From Actinomycetota bacterium (lineage in GTDB: Bacteria > Actinomycetota > Acidimicrobiia > IMCC26256 > PALSA-555): a DNA stretch of 58,738 nucleotides. Location of the stretch: NCBI GenBank assembly GCA_016870595.1, contig VGBI01000005.1, positions 1 to 58,738 of the forward strand, read 5' to 3'. The notes under the pieces were generated by a model. That model was not told the origin of the DNA. It saw only the letters and a list, made by a program, of their open reading frames with translations, and ran no database searches. Below are positions 28,859-39,927 of the stretch, in pieces. The position numbers and the translations under genes were made by a program. Within the stretch, counting starts at the first letter, position 1. Each line of letters begins with the position of its first letter.

Positions 28859-29740
28859 ATGGGTTCGGTCCGCAAGGCAGTGCTCCCCGCAGCGGGGCTC
28901 GGCACCCGGTTCCTCCCCATCACCAAGAGCATCCCCAAGGAGATGCTCCCCCTCGTCGACAAGCCGGCGATCCAGTACGTGGTGGAGGAGGCCGTGACCG
29001 CGGGCATCACCGACGTGCTCGTGATCACCGGCCGCGGCAAGGGGGCGATCGAGGACCACTTCGACCGCAACGTGGAGCTCGAGCAGGTGCTGGAACGATC
29101 GGGCAAGCACGCGCTGCTCGCCGAGGTCGCCGCCACCGACCAGCTCGCCGACGTGCACTTCGTCCGCCAGCACGAGGCCCTCGGCCTCGGCCACGCAGTC
29201 TCGGTGGCCGAGCCGCACGTGGGGGGCGAGCCCTTCGTGGTCATGCTCGGCGACGACATCATGGTCGACGACGCCGCGCTGCTCACCCGCATGCTCGCGG
29301 TGCACGAGGAGACCGGCGGGTCCGTGCTCGCGGTGCTCGAGGTGACCCGTGAGGAGATCAGCGCCTACGGCGCGCTCACCGCGGAACCGGTGCGCGAGGG
29401 CGTGGTGCGGGCCCGGGGCGTGGTCGAGAAGCCCGCACCCGACGATGCCCCGTCCACCCTGGCGGTGATCGGCCGCTACGTGTTCACCCCCGGCATCTTC
29501 GACGCGCTGCGCGAGACCTCGCCGGGCGTGGGCGGGGAGATCCAGCTCACCGATGCCATCGGGATCCTGCTCGAGCGCGAGCCCGTGTACGGCGTGATCT
29601 TCCGCGACGGTCGCTACGACGCGGGCAAGAAGGTCGACTTCCTCCGGGCCAACATCGAGCTCGGTCTCGCCCGCGACGACCTGCGCGACGAGATCGAGCA
29701 GATGCTGCGGGTGCTCGTCCGCGACCGCGGCCTCACGTAG
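28859..29740 (+). CDS. galU: UTP-glucose-1-phosphate uridylyltransferase
   Basis: KAVLPAAGLGTRFLP..PKEMLP, LGLGHAV, GEIQLTDA. Confidence 0.95.
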   Translation: MGSVRKAVLPAAGLGTRFLPITKSIPKEMLPLVDKPAIQYVVEEAVTAGITDVLVITGRGKGAIEDHFDRNVELEQVLERSGKHALLAEVAATDQLADVHFVRQHEALGLGHAVSVAEPHVGGEPFVVMLGDDIMVDDAALLTRMLAVHEETGGSVLAVLEVTREEISAYGALTAEPVREGVVRARGVVEKPAPDDAPSTLAVIGRYVFTPGIFDALRETSPGVGGEIQLTDAIGILLEREPVYGVIFRDGRYDAGKKVDFLRANIELGLARDDLRDEIEQMLRVLVRDRGLT

Positions 29741-29750
29741 GCGGTCGGCT

Positions 29751-30962
29751 GTGCCGTTGGTGCCGCTCGAGGAGACCCGCGACGCGATCCTCGCCGCAGT
29801 GCCGCGCCTCCCGGTCGTGACCGTGCCGCTCGCCGACGCGGTCGGCCTGGTGCTGGCCGCCGACATCGTGACCGCCGAGCCGGTGCCGCCCTTCGCCAAC
29901 ACGGCCATGGACGGCTACGCCGTCCGCGCCGCCGACACCACCGGCGCGTCCACCGGTGCGCCGGTGCGCCTGGCCGTGGTCGACGACCTGGCCGCGGGTC
30001 GGGCCCCGGAGATCCCCGTCGGTTCGGGCGAGGCGATCCGCATCATGACCGGTGCGCCGATGCCCGTCGGGGCCGACGCCGTGGTCATGGTCGAGCGGAC
30101 CGCCCGCGACGGCGACGACGCGGTGCTGATCCAGGCGGCGGCGACGGCGGGCGACAACGTCCGGCTCCCGGGGGGCGACCTCGAGGCGGGCCAGACCGTG
30201 TTTCGGGCCGGCACCGTCATCGGCCCGGCCCACGTGGGCGTGCTCGCCAGCGTCGACGCCGCCGAGGTGCCCGTGCACCGTCGGGTCCGGGTCGGGGTGC
30301 TGTCGACCGGCGACGAGCTGGTGGAGCGGGGCCCGCTCGGCGCCGGGCAGATCCGCGACTCCAACCGCCCCATGTTGCGTGCGCTCGCCGCCGCCGCGGG
30401 CGCCGAGGTCGTCGATCTCGGCCTCGCCCGCGACGACGAGGCGGTGATCGTCGCCACCCTCGAGGACGCGTTCGCCCGCTGCGACGCCGTGCTCACGAGC
30501 GGCGGCGTGTCGGTGGGGGAGTACGACTACGTGAAGGCCGCGCTCGACCGGTTCGGGGTGCTCGAGTGGCGCCAGGTCGCGATCAAGCCGGCCAAGCCGC
30601 TCGCCTTCGGGGTGGTGCGGGGCGTCCCGGTGTTCGGCCTCCCCGGCAACCCGGTGTCGTCGCTCGTGAGCTTCGAGCTGTTCGCCCGCCCTGCGCTCCT
30701 GGCGATGATGGGATACGCCGAGTGCCGGCGTCCGGAGGTCGTCGCCCGGGCCGGGCACGCCTTCACCCGCCGGACCGACGGCAAGGTCCACCTCGACCGG
30801 GTCCGGGTCACCTGGACCGACGGGGGGTACGTCGCCGAGCGCACCGGCCGTCAGGAGTCCAACGTGCTCTCGGCCACCGCCGCGGCCGACGGCCTCGCCC
30901 TCGTCCCCGACGGCGACGGAACCGCCGAGGGCGACCCGCTCACCGTGATGCTCTTCGTCTGA
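29751..30962 (+). CDS. moeA: Molybdopterin molybdotransferase (gephyrin-like)
   Basis: AMDGYAV, RIMTGAP, STGDEL, SGGVSVG..D, KPAKP, GLPGNP. Confidence 0.95.
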   Translation: MPLVPLEETRDAILAAVPRLPVVTVPLADAVGLVLAADIVTAEPVPPFANTAMDGYAVRAADTTGASTGAPVRLAVVDDLAAGRAPEIPVGSGEAIRIMTGAPMPVGADAVVMVERTARDGDDAVLIQAAATAGDNVRLPGGDLEAGQTVFRAGTVIGPAHVGVLASVDAAEVPVHRRVRVGVLSTGDELVERGPLGAGQIRDSNRPMLRALAAAAGAEVVDLGLARDDEAVIVATLEDAFARCDAVLTSGGVSVGEYDYVKAALDRFGVLEWRQVAIKPAKPLAFGVVRGVPVFGLPGNPVSSLVSFELFARPALLAMMGYAECRRPEVVARAGHAFTRRTDGKVHLDRVRVTWTDGGYVAERTGRQESNVLSATAAADGLALVPDGDGTAEGDPLTVMLFV

Positions 30963-31039
30963 GCCACCTGCGGTCTGCGCCCCGGGGTGCCGGTGGGCCG
31001 GGCCGCCTCCGCCGCCGGGTCGCCTAGCCTGATGGGCCC

Positions 31040-32086
<1,047 letters not shown>

Positions 32087-32110
32087 CCGGGTTCGGTACA
32101 CTCCCGGGCC

Positions 32111-32617
32111 GTGCCCCCCTCGGAGTTCACCCACCTCGACCCGCTGGGTCGGGCCCGGATGGTCGACGTCACCGCGAAGGAGACCACCCACCGGCGGGCG
32201 GTCGCCCGCTGTCGCGTCCACATGGAGCCCGAGACCGCCTCGCGGATCGCCTCGGGTGCGATCACCAAGGGTGACGTGCTCGCGGTGGCCCGGGTCGCGG
32301 GCATCCAGGCGGCCAAGCAGACGTCGAACCTGATCCCCCTGTGCCACCCGCTCCTCGTGGGGTCGGTGTTCGTGAACTTCCAGATCGAGGAGCGCCACGT
32401 CGAGGTGGAGGCCCACGTCGACACCGTCGACCGCACCGGCGTGGAGATGGAGGCCATGACCGCCTGTGCCGTCGCCGCCCTCACGATCTACGACATGTGC
32501 AAGTCGATCGACCGGGGGATGCACGTCGGCGAGCTCGCCCTGTGGGAGAAGACCGGGGGCCGGTCGGGCACGTACCGGCGGGATCCCGACGCCGACCCGG
32601 GACGTTTCGACCGCTGA
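32111..32617 (+). CDS. moaC: Cyclic pyranopterin monophosphate synthase
   Basis: MVDV, LIPLCH, TGVEMEA, YDMCK, KTGGRSG. Confidence 0.96.
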   Translation: MPPSEFTHLDPLGRARMVDVTAKETTHRRAVARCRVHMEPETASRIASGAITKGDVLAVARVAGIQAAKQTSNLIPLCHPLLVGSVFVNFQIEERHVEVEAHVDTVDRTGVEMEAMTACAVAALTIYDMCKSIDRGMHVGELALWEKTGGRSGTYRRDPDADPGRFDR

Positions 32618-32839
32618 ATTCGGCCTGCGGGGCGGCCACGGCAGCCCCGGGTGGGCCCCGGTCCCCCCCGGGGTGCCCCACCGTTGGTACTCTGACCATG
32701 CCAGCGAGATCCCCAGGGGTCTCGCTTCGCTGTTGTCCGGCACCGTCCGGGCATCGGCGGTGACACTGTCGACGGAACGGGAACGACCACGGATGAGTGA
32801 CCACGGGGGCACGACCGAGCGGGACGGGATGGCGTAGCC

Positions 32840-33493
32840 GTGGCCGTCCTCGTGATCCTCGTGCTCGCCCTCCTCTGGGGCGCCGTGCTCGTCCCGCCGA
32901 TCCTGCGCTCCCGCAGCTCGAGCGGGCGCTTCGGCATGTCCGACTTCACCGACGGTCTGCGCTCGCTCGGCGAACGGGCGACCCACTCGCGCCCGCCCGT
33001 CGGTGGCCCGGCGTTCGGGGGACCGGTGCTGCACGGCCCGGTGGGGCAGTCGCCGCTCGGGACCGGGCCCGGCCCCGTCGGCCCGTGCTCGGGCTACGCC
33101 GCGCCCTACGGCGGTGCCCCCTCCGGCGGTGCCCCCTCCGGCCCGATGCCGCGCCGGGCGCCGCTGCCCGTGCCGACCCCGTTCGGACCCGTCGGTCCGG
33201 GGATGTCCCCGATGCAGCGCCGTCGTCGCAACGTGCTGATCGTCCTCGGGAGCGCCGTCGGGGTGACGCTGATCCTGGCGATGGCGACGCAGCTGATCCT
33301 GCTCTACCTGCTCCTCGTCGTCGCCCTGGGTGCGCTGGGGGGCTACTGCTACCTGCTCGTGCAGTTCCGGAACCGCAGCACCATCGGGCGGGCCGCGCCG
33401 ATGCAGCACGTCGTCGTGTCGCCGGCCGCGCCGGCCGACGAACAGGCCCGGCCCGTCGACAACGTCATCCTGCTCCGCCGCAACGTGAGCTGA
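32840..33493 (+). CDS. Three-TM membrane protein, probable GlpR/SepX-like divisome factor
   Basis: TM1 ending LVPP, Pro/Gly-rich disordered linker, RRRR then TM2-TM3; position between the moe/moa genes and tRNA-Ala. Confidence 0.6.
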   Translation: MAVLVILVLALLWGAVLVPPILRSRSSSGRFGMSDFTDGLRSLGERATHSRPPVGGPAFGGPVLHGPVGQSPLGTGPGPVGPCSGYAAPYGGAPSGGAPSGPMPRRAPLPVPTPFGPVGPGMSPMQRRRRNVLIVLGSAVGVTLILAMATQLILLYLLLVVALGALGGYCYLLVQFRNRSTIGRAAPMQHVVVSPAAPADEQARPVDNVILLRRNVS

Positions 33494-33584
33494 CCGGCCT
33501 GCCGCGCCGGCGGCCGGGGCCCGGAGCGGCACCGGTGCGGGGCGGGGGTGCACCGGGAGCCCGCTGCTAGATTGCGCATCCCTT

Positions 33585-33658
33585 GGGGGTGTAGCTCAGC
33601 CCGGTAGAGCGCTACGTTCGCAACGTAGAAGTCGTGGGTTCAAGTCCCATCACCTCCA
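33585..33658 (+). tRNA. tRNA-Ala (anticodon CGC), CCA not encoded
   Basis: Acceptor GGGGGTG/CACCTCC with G3:U70; anticodon stem CTACG/CGTAG, loop TT-CGC-AA; T-loop GTTCAAG. Confidence 0.95.
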
Positions 33659-33761
33659 CGTCACCGGCCTTCGGGGGCGCTCGACCACCGTCACCGGTCG
33701 GGACCCCGCAGGTCGGTCACGGCCTCGGACGCGAGGCCGGACGCCGAACCGGGGGCGCGAC

Positions 33762-34298
33762 GTGCGGATCACCATGGTGCTGGAGCGCCCGGAGCAGCTG
33801 TTCGTCGCCGATCCGCCGCTGCCGACGTCGCCCGCCTACAACCGCTTCACCGTCGAGCCCGCGCTGGCGGTCGTGCGGCGGGAGGCGTGGCGGATCCGGG
33901 CCCACCACGAGGTCGTGCTCGACGTGGTGCTCCCCGCCGAGCAGGTGCACGACGCCCTGGCCGACGAGCTCACCGGAGCGGCCCGCCGGTGGATGGCCGT
34001 GGCCGACGAGATCGACGCGTCGGAGGGCGAGGCGGCGACCGTGCTGGGGCGCCGGAACCTCCTCCCCGCCGTCGGGCTGTTCGCGGGCCTGACCCTTGTC
34101 AGCGTGCTCGTGCTCGCGCTGGCCCGGGCCACCGACGAGCTGTTCGTGCGGGTCGTGGGCCAGGGTCTCGGGGTCGCGGCGTGGGTGGTGCTGTGGACCC
34201 CGGTCGAGCGGATCAGCCGCTACCGCCTCGACCGGGTGTCGCGTGCCCGCGGGGCCCGGGCGCTGGCCCGCTGCACCGTGGAGGTCCGGGCCGCCTGA
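33762..34298 (+). CDS. Hypothetical two-TM membrane protein
   Basis: Protein-like ORF with two C-terminal hydrophobic helices ending WVVLWTPVE. Confidence 0.7.
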   Translation: MRITMVLERPEQLFVADPPLPTSPAYNRFTVEPALAVVRREAWRIRAHHEVVLDVVLPAEQVHDALADELTGAARRWMAVADEIDASEGEAATVLGRRNLLPAVGLFAGLTLVSVLVLALARATDELFVRVVGQGLGVAAWVVLWTPVERISRYRLDRVSRARGARALARCTVEVRAA

Positions 34299-34301
34299 TC
34301 G

Positions 34302-34335
34302 CCCCGATTCACCGGACGGGGCGGTGAATCCGGGG
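34302..34335 (+). terminator. GC-rich hairpin, putative terminator without U-tract
   Basis: CCCCGATTCACCG / CGGTGAATCCGGGG (one bulge) just after the stop codon. Confidence 0.45.
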
Positions 34336-34428
34336 TACGGTCCTGGTTGTGGGCCGCCCCCGCTTGGGGGACAATCGCCCCGGGCCGATTCCCGGCCCGT
34401 CCGCACGACCCCACCGGAGGCAGCGACC

Positions 34429-35598
34429 ATGACCGTCCTCGACCCCGCCCCGATGCGCGTCATCGACGCCGACTCGCACATGTCGGAGCGCCACGACCTG
34501 TGGACCCGCCAGGCGCCGGCCTCGCTGCGGGACCGCATGCCCTACGTCGCCGAGGTCGACGGTGCGATGTCGTGGGTGGTGGAGGACCGCGTGATCAGCG
34601 GCGCCGTCGGTGGCTGCGTCATCGACCGCGACGACAACAAGATCACCCTGGTCGACGTGTTCGACGGCTGGGACCACAGCCGCAACCACCCGGCAGCCGC
34701 CGACCCGGTGGCCCGGGTCGAGCATCTCGACCGCGTGGGGATCTCGAACCAGATCGTGTTCCCCAACGCGCTCGGGATCGGGGGCGACAAGCTCACCGAC
34801 GCGGTGCCCGACCCCGCGCACCGGCTGCTGCTGCTGCAGATGTTCAACGACCACAACGCGGAGATCCAGGCCGGGTCGGCCGATCGTCTGCTGCCGCTGT
34901 CGGTGATGCCGGCGTGGAGCGTCGAGTCGTGCGTGGCCGAGGCCGAGCGGGCCGCCACCCTCGGCTTCCGGGGCGTCAACATGACGTCCGACCCCCAGGA
35001 CCAGGGCGCCCCCGACTTCGCCGACCGGGCGTGGGACCCGTTCTGGGAGGCGTGCGCCTCGCTGCAGCTCCCGGTGCACTTCCACATCGCGACCAGCGCG
35101 ACCGCGATGAGCTACTTCGGGACCTACCCGTGGGCTTCGCACGACGAGAACACCAAGCTCGCCATCGGCGGCACCCTGCTGTTCGTGGGCAACGCCAAGG
35201 TCGTGGTGAACATCCTGTGCGCAGGGATGCTGGAGCGCTACCCGGACCTCAAGATCGTCTCGGTCGAGAGCGGGGCGGGCTGGGTGCCGTTCATCCTCGA
35301 GGCGCTCGACTACGAGATGGCCGAGAACGCCCCGGAGCGGCTCGAGCAGTTCTCGATGCTGCCGTCGGAGTACTTCCGTCGCCAGATCTACGCCACCACG
35401 TGGTTCGAGCGGAAGAACATCGACTCGCTGGTCGCGGCGATCGGCGCCGACAACCTGCTGTTCGAGACCGACTTCCCGCACCCCACCTGTCTGCACCCCG
35501 ACCCGGTCGGGACGGCCGACGTGAACCTGCGGGGGATCCCCGAGGCCGACCGGCGCAAGATCATGGGCGAGAACGCGGCCAAGCTCTACCGCGTCTGA
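34429..35598 (+). CDS. Amidohydrolase-2 family protein
   Basis: IDADSH, PVHFH, VESG.GW, FETDFPHP. Confidence 0.88.
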   Translation: MTVLDPAPMRVIDADSHMSERHDLWTRQAPASLRDRMPYVAEVDGAMSWVVEDRVISGAVGGCVIDRDDNKITLVDVFDGWDHSRNHPAAADPVARVEHLDRVGISNQIVFPNALGIGGDKLTDAVPDPAHRLLLLQMFNDHNAEIQAGSADRLLPLSVMPAWSVESCVAEAERAATLGFRGVNMTSDPQDQGAPDFADRAWDPFWEACASLQLPVHFHIATSATAMSYFGTYPWASHDENTKLAIGGTLLFVGNAKVVVNILCAGMLERYPDLKIVSVESGAGWVPFILEALDYEMAENAPERLEQFSMLPSEYFRRQIYATTWFERKNIDSLVAAIGADNLLFETDFPHPTCLHPDPVGTADVNLRGIPEADRRKIMGENAAKLYRV

Positions 35599-35633
35599 CC
35601 CACCTCCCCTCCGAGCGACGAGGAGCGCCCACG

Positions 35634-36500
35634 GTGCCGAGCACGACGGTCGACGGTCTGGCGATCGCCTACGAGATCATCGGTGACACCGACGGCCGGC
35701 CGTGGGTGATCACCCCCGGTGGTCGGTTCAGCAAGGACACGCCCGGCGTGCGCGAGCTGGCGGAGGTGCTGGCCGCGCGGGGCCAGCGGGTCTTGATCTG
35801 GGACCGGCCCAACACGGGGGCGTCCGACGTCTGCTTCCGGGGTGCGTCGGAGTCCGAGATGCAGGCCGACGTCCTCGCCGGCCTCCTGCGTGCCCTCGAC
35901 TTCGGACCGACGGTGATCTTCGGCGGGTCGGGCGGGGCCCGGGTCTCCCTCCTCGCCGCGGCCCGCCACCCCGACGTGACCGAGCGCCTGGCGATGGTGT
36001 GGGTGAGCGGTGGGGTCTACGGCCTGATCAACCTCGGCGTCGTGTACTGCGGCGAGCCGATCCGGGCGGCGTGGACCGGGGGCATGGAGGCGGTGGTCGC
36101 GCTCCCTGCGTTCGAGGAGGTCCTGGCCCGCAACCCGCGCAACCGTGACCTCCTGCTCGCGCTCGACCCGCAGGAGTTCATCGCCACGCTCGAGCGCTGG
36201 ATGATCGTGTACTGCCCCGACGCCGGCTCGCTGATCCCCGGGATGAGCGACGCCGAATGCCGCGCGCTCACCGCGCCGACCCTGATCTTCCGCAGCGGTG
36301 CGAGCGATCCCCACCACCCGCGGGTGACCACCGAGCAGCTGCACGCGCTCGTCCCCGGGTCGGAGCTGGTCGAGCCGCCGTGGCCCGACGACGAGTGGAA
36401 CCGCCGGAGCCAGGCGGCCCAGGCCGGTGAGGGCGCGCTGTTCGAGCGGTGGCCGCTGCTCGCGCCGCAGCTTCTCGGCTGGGCCGGGACCACCCGGTGA
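35634..36500 (+). CDS. Alpha/beta hydrolase
   Basis: ITPGGRF, WDRPNTG, nucleophile elbow GGSGG; AGGAG RBS. Confidence 0.8.
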   Translation: MPSTTVDGLAIAYEIIGDTDGRPWVITPGGRFSKDTPGVRELAEVLAARGQRVLIWDRPNTGASDVCFRGASESEMQADVLAGLLRALDFGPTVIFGGSGGARVSLLAAARHPDVTERLAMVWVSGGVYGLINLGVVYCGEPIRAAWTGGMEAVVALPAFEEVLARNPRNRDLLLALDPQEFIATLERWMIVYCPDAGSLIPGMSDAECRALTAPTLIFRSGASDPHHPRVTTEQLHALVPGSELVEPPWPDDEWNRRSQAAQAGEGALFERWPLLAPQLLGWAGTTR

Positions 36501-38014
36501 CCGACGCCAGCCGGACCCTCGTCCCGCACTGGATCGACGGCCGGGAGGCACCGAGCGCGACCGGGGCGGCGCCGACCCGCACCGGTGAGGTCTACGACCC
36601 CGCCACCGGCCGGGTGGTCCGCCACGTCGCCTTCGCCACCGCCGCCGACGTCGACGCCGCGGTCGCGGCGGCGACCCGGGCGTTCCCCGCCTGGCGTGAC
36701 GCCTCGCTCGCCGAGCGGGCCCGCACCCTGTTCCGCTTCCGCGAGCTGATGGCGGCCCGGGCCGACGTGCTCGCCGACGCGATCACCGCCGAGCACGGCA
36801 AGACCCGCAGCGACGCCCAGGGCGAGGTCGCTCGCGGCCTCGAGGTCGTGGAGTTCGCCTGCGGGATCCCCCACCTGCTCAAGGGCGGCTACTCCGCCCG
36901 GGCCACGTCGCAGGTCGACGTGCACTCGCTGCGCCAGCCCCTCGGGGTGGTCGGCATCATCAGCCCGTTCAACTTCCCGGTGATGGTGCCGTGCTGGTTC
37001 TTCCCGATCGCGGTCGCGACGGGCAACACCGTCGTCTGCAAGCCGAGCGAGAAGGACCCGTCGCCCCTGCTGCTCGTCGCGCGCCTGTGGGCCGAGGCCG
37101 GGTTGCCCGACGGCGTGTTCAACGTGGTCCACGGTGACGCCGAGGCCGTCGACCGTCTGCTCGAGCACCCCGACGTGCGGGCCGTGTCGTTCGTGGGCTC
37201 CACCCCGGTGGCCCGGCACGTGCACGCCACCGCGAGCGCAGCCGGCAAGCGGGTGCAGGCGCTCGGGGGCGCGAAGAACCACATGGTCGTGCTTCCCGAC
37301 GCCGACATCGACCTCGCCGCCGACGCCGCGGTCAACGCCGGGTTCGGCTCGGCCGGGGAGCGCTGCATGGCGATCTCGGTCGTGGTCGCGGTGGGGTCGG
37401 TGGCCGATCGCCTCGTGCCCGCGATCGCCGAGCGGATCGGGGATCTGCGGGTCGGGGACGGCCGCACCGACCCCGACATGGGTCCCCTCGTCACCGGTGC
37501 GCACCGTGACCGGGTGGTGGGCTACCTCGACGCTGGGGTCACCGCGGGCGCCACGCTCGTCGTCGACGGGCGTCGGCACGCCGTCGACGGCGACGCGAGC
37601 GGCTTCTGGCTCGGGCCGACCCTGTTCGACCACGTGCAGCCCGACACGGCGCTCTACCGCGACGAGATCTTCGGTCCCGTGCTCTCGGTCGTGCGGGTCG
37701 GGACCTACGACGAGGCCCTTGCGTTGGTGAATGCGGGTGCCTACGGCAACGGCACCGCGATCTTCACCAACGACGGTCGGGCGGCGTCACGGTTCGAGCG
37801 TGAGGTCGAGGTCGGAATGGTCGGGATCAACGTCCCGATCCCGGTGCCGATGGCCTACTACTCGTTCGGTGGCTGGAAGGAGTCGCTGTTCGGCGACCTC
37901 CACGCCCACGGCACCGACGGGGTGCAGTTCTTCACCCGGGGCAAGGTCGTCACGACGCGTTGGCTCGACCCGCGCGACGGCGGCGTCGACCTCGGCTTCC
38001 CCCGCACCGACTGA
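36497..38014 (+). CDS. mmsA: CoA-acylating (methyl)malonate-semialdehyde dehydrogenase
   Basis: PFNFP, KPSEKDP, FVGST, AKNH, GERCMA, VGINVPIPVP. Confidence 0.93.
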   Translation: MTDASRTLVPHWIDGREAPSATGAAPTRTGEVYDPATGRVVRHVAFATAADVDAAVAAATRAFPAWRDASLAERARTLFRFRELMAARADVLADAITAEHGKTRSDAQGEVARGLEVVEFACGIPHLLKGGYSARATSQVDVHSLRQPLGVVGIISPFNFPVMVPCWFFPIAVATGNTVVCKPSEKDPSPLLLVARLWAEAGLPDGVFNVVHGDAEAVDRLLEHPDVRAVSFVGSTPVARHVHATASAAGKRVQALGGAKNHMVVLPDADIDLAADAAVNAGFGSAGERCMAISVVVAVGSVADRLVPAIAERIGDLRVGDGRTDPDMGPLVTGAHRDRVVGYLDAGVTAGATLVVDGRRHAVDGDASGFWLGPTLFDHVQPDTALYRDEIFGPVLSVVRVGTYDEALALVNAGAYGNGTAIFTNDGRAASRFEREVEVGMVGINVPIPVPMAYYSFGGWKESLFGDLHAHGTDGVQFFTRGKVVTTRWLDPRDGGVDLGFPRTD

Positions 38015-38060
38015 CGGCCCGCCCCCTCGTCCGCCGGATCGTCGGTCCGCCCGTCCGGTC

Positions 38061-38975
38061 TCAGCGGCTGGGCACGGCCCCGAGGTCGCGCACGCTTGCG
38101 CGCAGTGCGGCGGTGAGGACGGCGAGTCCGGGCCCGGGTGCGCCCGAGGGCCGGAGGAGCGCGACCTCGAGGCGGGGCCGGGGTCCGGCGATCGGGACGG
38201 TCACCAGCCCGCGCCGCACGTACTCCGGCGGCGACAGCGTCGACCACAGCGCGAACGCCTCGCCGGCGAAGATCGCCCGGGGCAGGTAGCCCCGGTCGCG
38301 GGGCAGGGGCAGCACGTCGGGGGTGAAGCCCGCCTCCCGGCACGCACCCACCACCGCGTCGTACATCCCCGGGCTGTGCTCGCGGGGCGTGAGGAGGACG
38401 GGGATCCCCGCGACCTCGTGGAGGCCGACCGTGGACCGCTGGGCCAGCGGGTGGGTCTCGGCGATCATCAGGTCGGCGGTCCCGACGTGCACGACCTCGA
38501 CGTGCAGCTCGGGCAGTGGGGGCGGTGCGAGCACGACCCCGGCGTCGAGCTCGCCGGTGCGGATCCGGTCCACGATGTCGGGCACGGTCGTCTCGGTCGC
38601 GCCGAAGTCGACCCCGGGGTGCTCGCGTGCGAAGCGCTCCTCGAGCGCGGGGAGCACGCCGAAGACCAGCGCCGGGCTCACCCCGATCCGCAGCCGGGTC
38701 GGGATCCGGGCTGCGATCGTCACCATGCGCTGCCAGCCGTCGTCGACGCGCTGCAGCAGGGCCGTGGCCTCGGTGACGAGATCGCGGCCGAGCGGGGTGA
38801 GCGTGACCTGTCGGGTGGTGCGGGTGAACAGCGGTGCGCCGAGCTGGTCCTCGAGCCGGCGGACCCGGTCGGTGAGCCCCTGCTGGCTCAGGTGGAGCCG
38901 GTGGGCGGCACGCGTGAAGCTGAGCTCCTCGGCCACGGCGAGGAAGGCGCGCAGGTTCCGGAGATCGGGCTCCAC
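38061..38975 (-). CDS. LysR-family transcriptional regulator
   Basis: LRAFLAVAEELSFTRAAHRLHLSQ..LFTRTTRQV. Confidence 0.92.
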   Translation of the reverse strand: MEPDLRNLRAFLAVAEELSFTRAAHRLHLSQQGLTDRVRRLEDQLGAPLFTRTTRQVTLTPLGRDLVTEATALLQRVDDGWQRMVTIAARIPTRLRIGVSPALVFGVLPALEERFAREHPGVDFGATETTVPDIVDRIRTGELDAGVVLAPPPLPELHVEVVHVGTADLMIAETHPLAQRSTVGLHEVAGIPVLLTPREHSPGMYDAVVGACREAGFTPDVLPLPRDRGYLPRAIFAGEAFALWSTLSPPEYVRRGLVTVPIAGPRPRLEVALLRPSGAPGPGLAVLTAALRASVRDLGAVPSR

Positions 38976-38984
38976 GGCCCCGGC

Positions 38985-39878
38985 TCAGCCCGTGACCCGG
39001 GCGACGAAGGCGGCCATCTCCTCCACGGCCTGCACCGCCTCGGGGAACGCCGGGTAGCTGGTCTGCCACACGTGCGGCATCCCCTCGTACACCGAGTGGG
39101 TGACGTCGACGCCCGCAGCGCGCGCGGTCTCGGTGATGCGCACGGAATCGTCGAAGAGGGTCTCGATGCTGCCGTTCAGCACGAGCAACGGTGGCATCCC
39201 CGTCCAGTCGCCGAACACCGGCGACGCGATCGGGTCGCGCGCGTCGTGACCGGCGAGGTAGAGCCCGGCGGCTTCATCGGCACTGGTGCGCCCGAACAGC
39301 TTGTCGGTCTCCGCGTGGCGGGTGTACGAGTCGGCGGAGTTGGTGAGATCGACCCAGGCCGAGAGCAGGATTCCCCCGGCGGGGAGCGGCAGGCCGTCGC
39401 GTCGCGCGGCGAGGAGCAGCGACGCCGTGAGCCCGCCGCCGGCGGAGTCGCCCCCAGCCACGATCCGACCGGGCGCAACGCCCTGGTCGAGGACCCAGCG
39501 GTAGGCGGTGACCACGTCGGTGACCGCGGCGGGGAACGGGTGCTCCGGTGCGAGCCGGTAGTCGACGACGAGCACGCGCGCCCGCAGCGCTGCGGCGAGG
39601 TGCGACCCGTGCGCCCGGTACGACTGGGCCGAGCACATGCGGAAGCCGCCGCCGTGGAAGTAGAGCACCCAGGGGTCGTCGTCACCCCCGGCGCGCGTGC
39701 ACAGGACCGCGCCGACCCCGTGGGCGTCGACCGGCTCGGCCGAGGTGCCCTCGGCGAGCGGGAGCGCGCCCATCGACGCCTCGATCCGGTCCCGTAGCTC
39801 CTGCAGCGACCCCGGCGGGGGCGGGGGCGGGTTGGCCGCCATCTTCCGCTGGAACTCGAGGAACTCGGCGCTCGGCAT
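38985..39878 (-). CDS. HSL-family esterase
   Basis: HGGG, DYRLAPEHPFPAA, GDSAGG, GMPHVW. Confidence 0.92.
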   Translation of the reverse strand: MPSAEFLEFQRKMAANPPPPPPGSLQELRDRIEASMGALPLAEGTSAEPVDAHGVGAVLCTRAGGDDDPWVLYFHGGGFRMCSAQSYRAHGSHLAAALRARVLVVDYRLAPEHPFPAAVTDVVTAYRWVLDQGVAPGRIVAGGDSAGGGLTASLLLAARRDGLPLPAGGILLSAWVDLTNSADSYTRHAETDKLFGRTSADEAAGLYLAGHDARDPIASPVFGDWTGMPPLLVLNGSIETLFDDSVRITETARAAGVDVTHSVYEGMPHVWQTSYPAFPEAVQAVEEMAAFVARVTG

Positions 39879-39927
39879 GGTCTCCCCCTCGGTCGCCCGA
39901 CCGGATGATCATGCCACCCCGTCGGGC

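Noticed and set aside
30963-31039. Moco riboswitch before moaA
   Set aside because: The spacer is short, with a promoter-like TAGCCT close to the start and no recognisable motif
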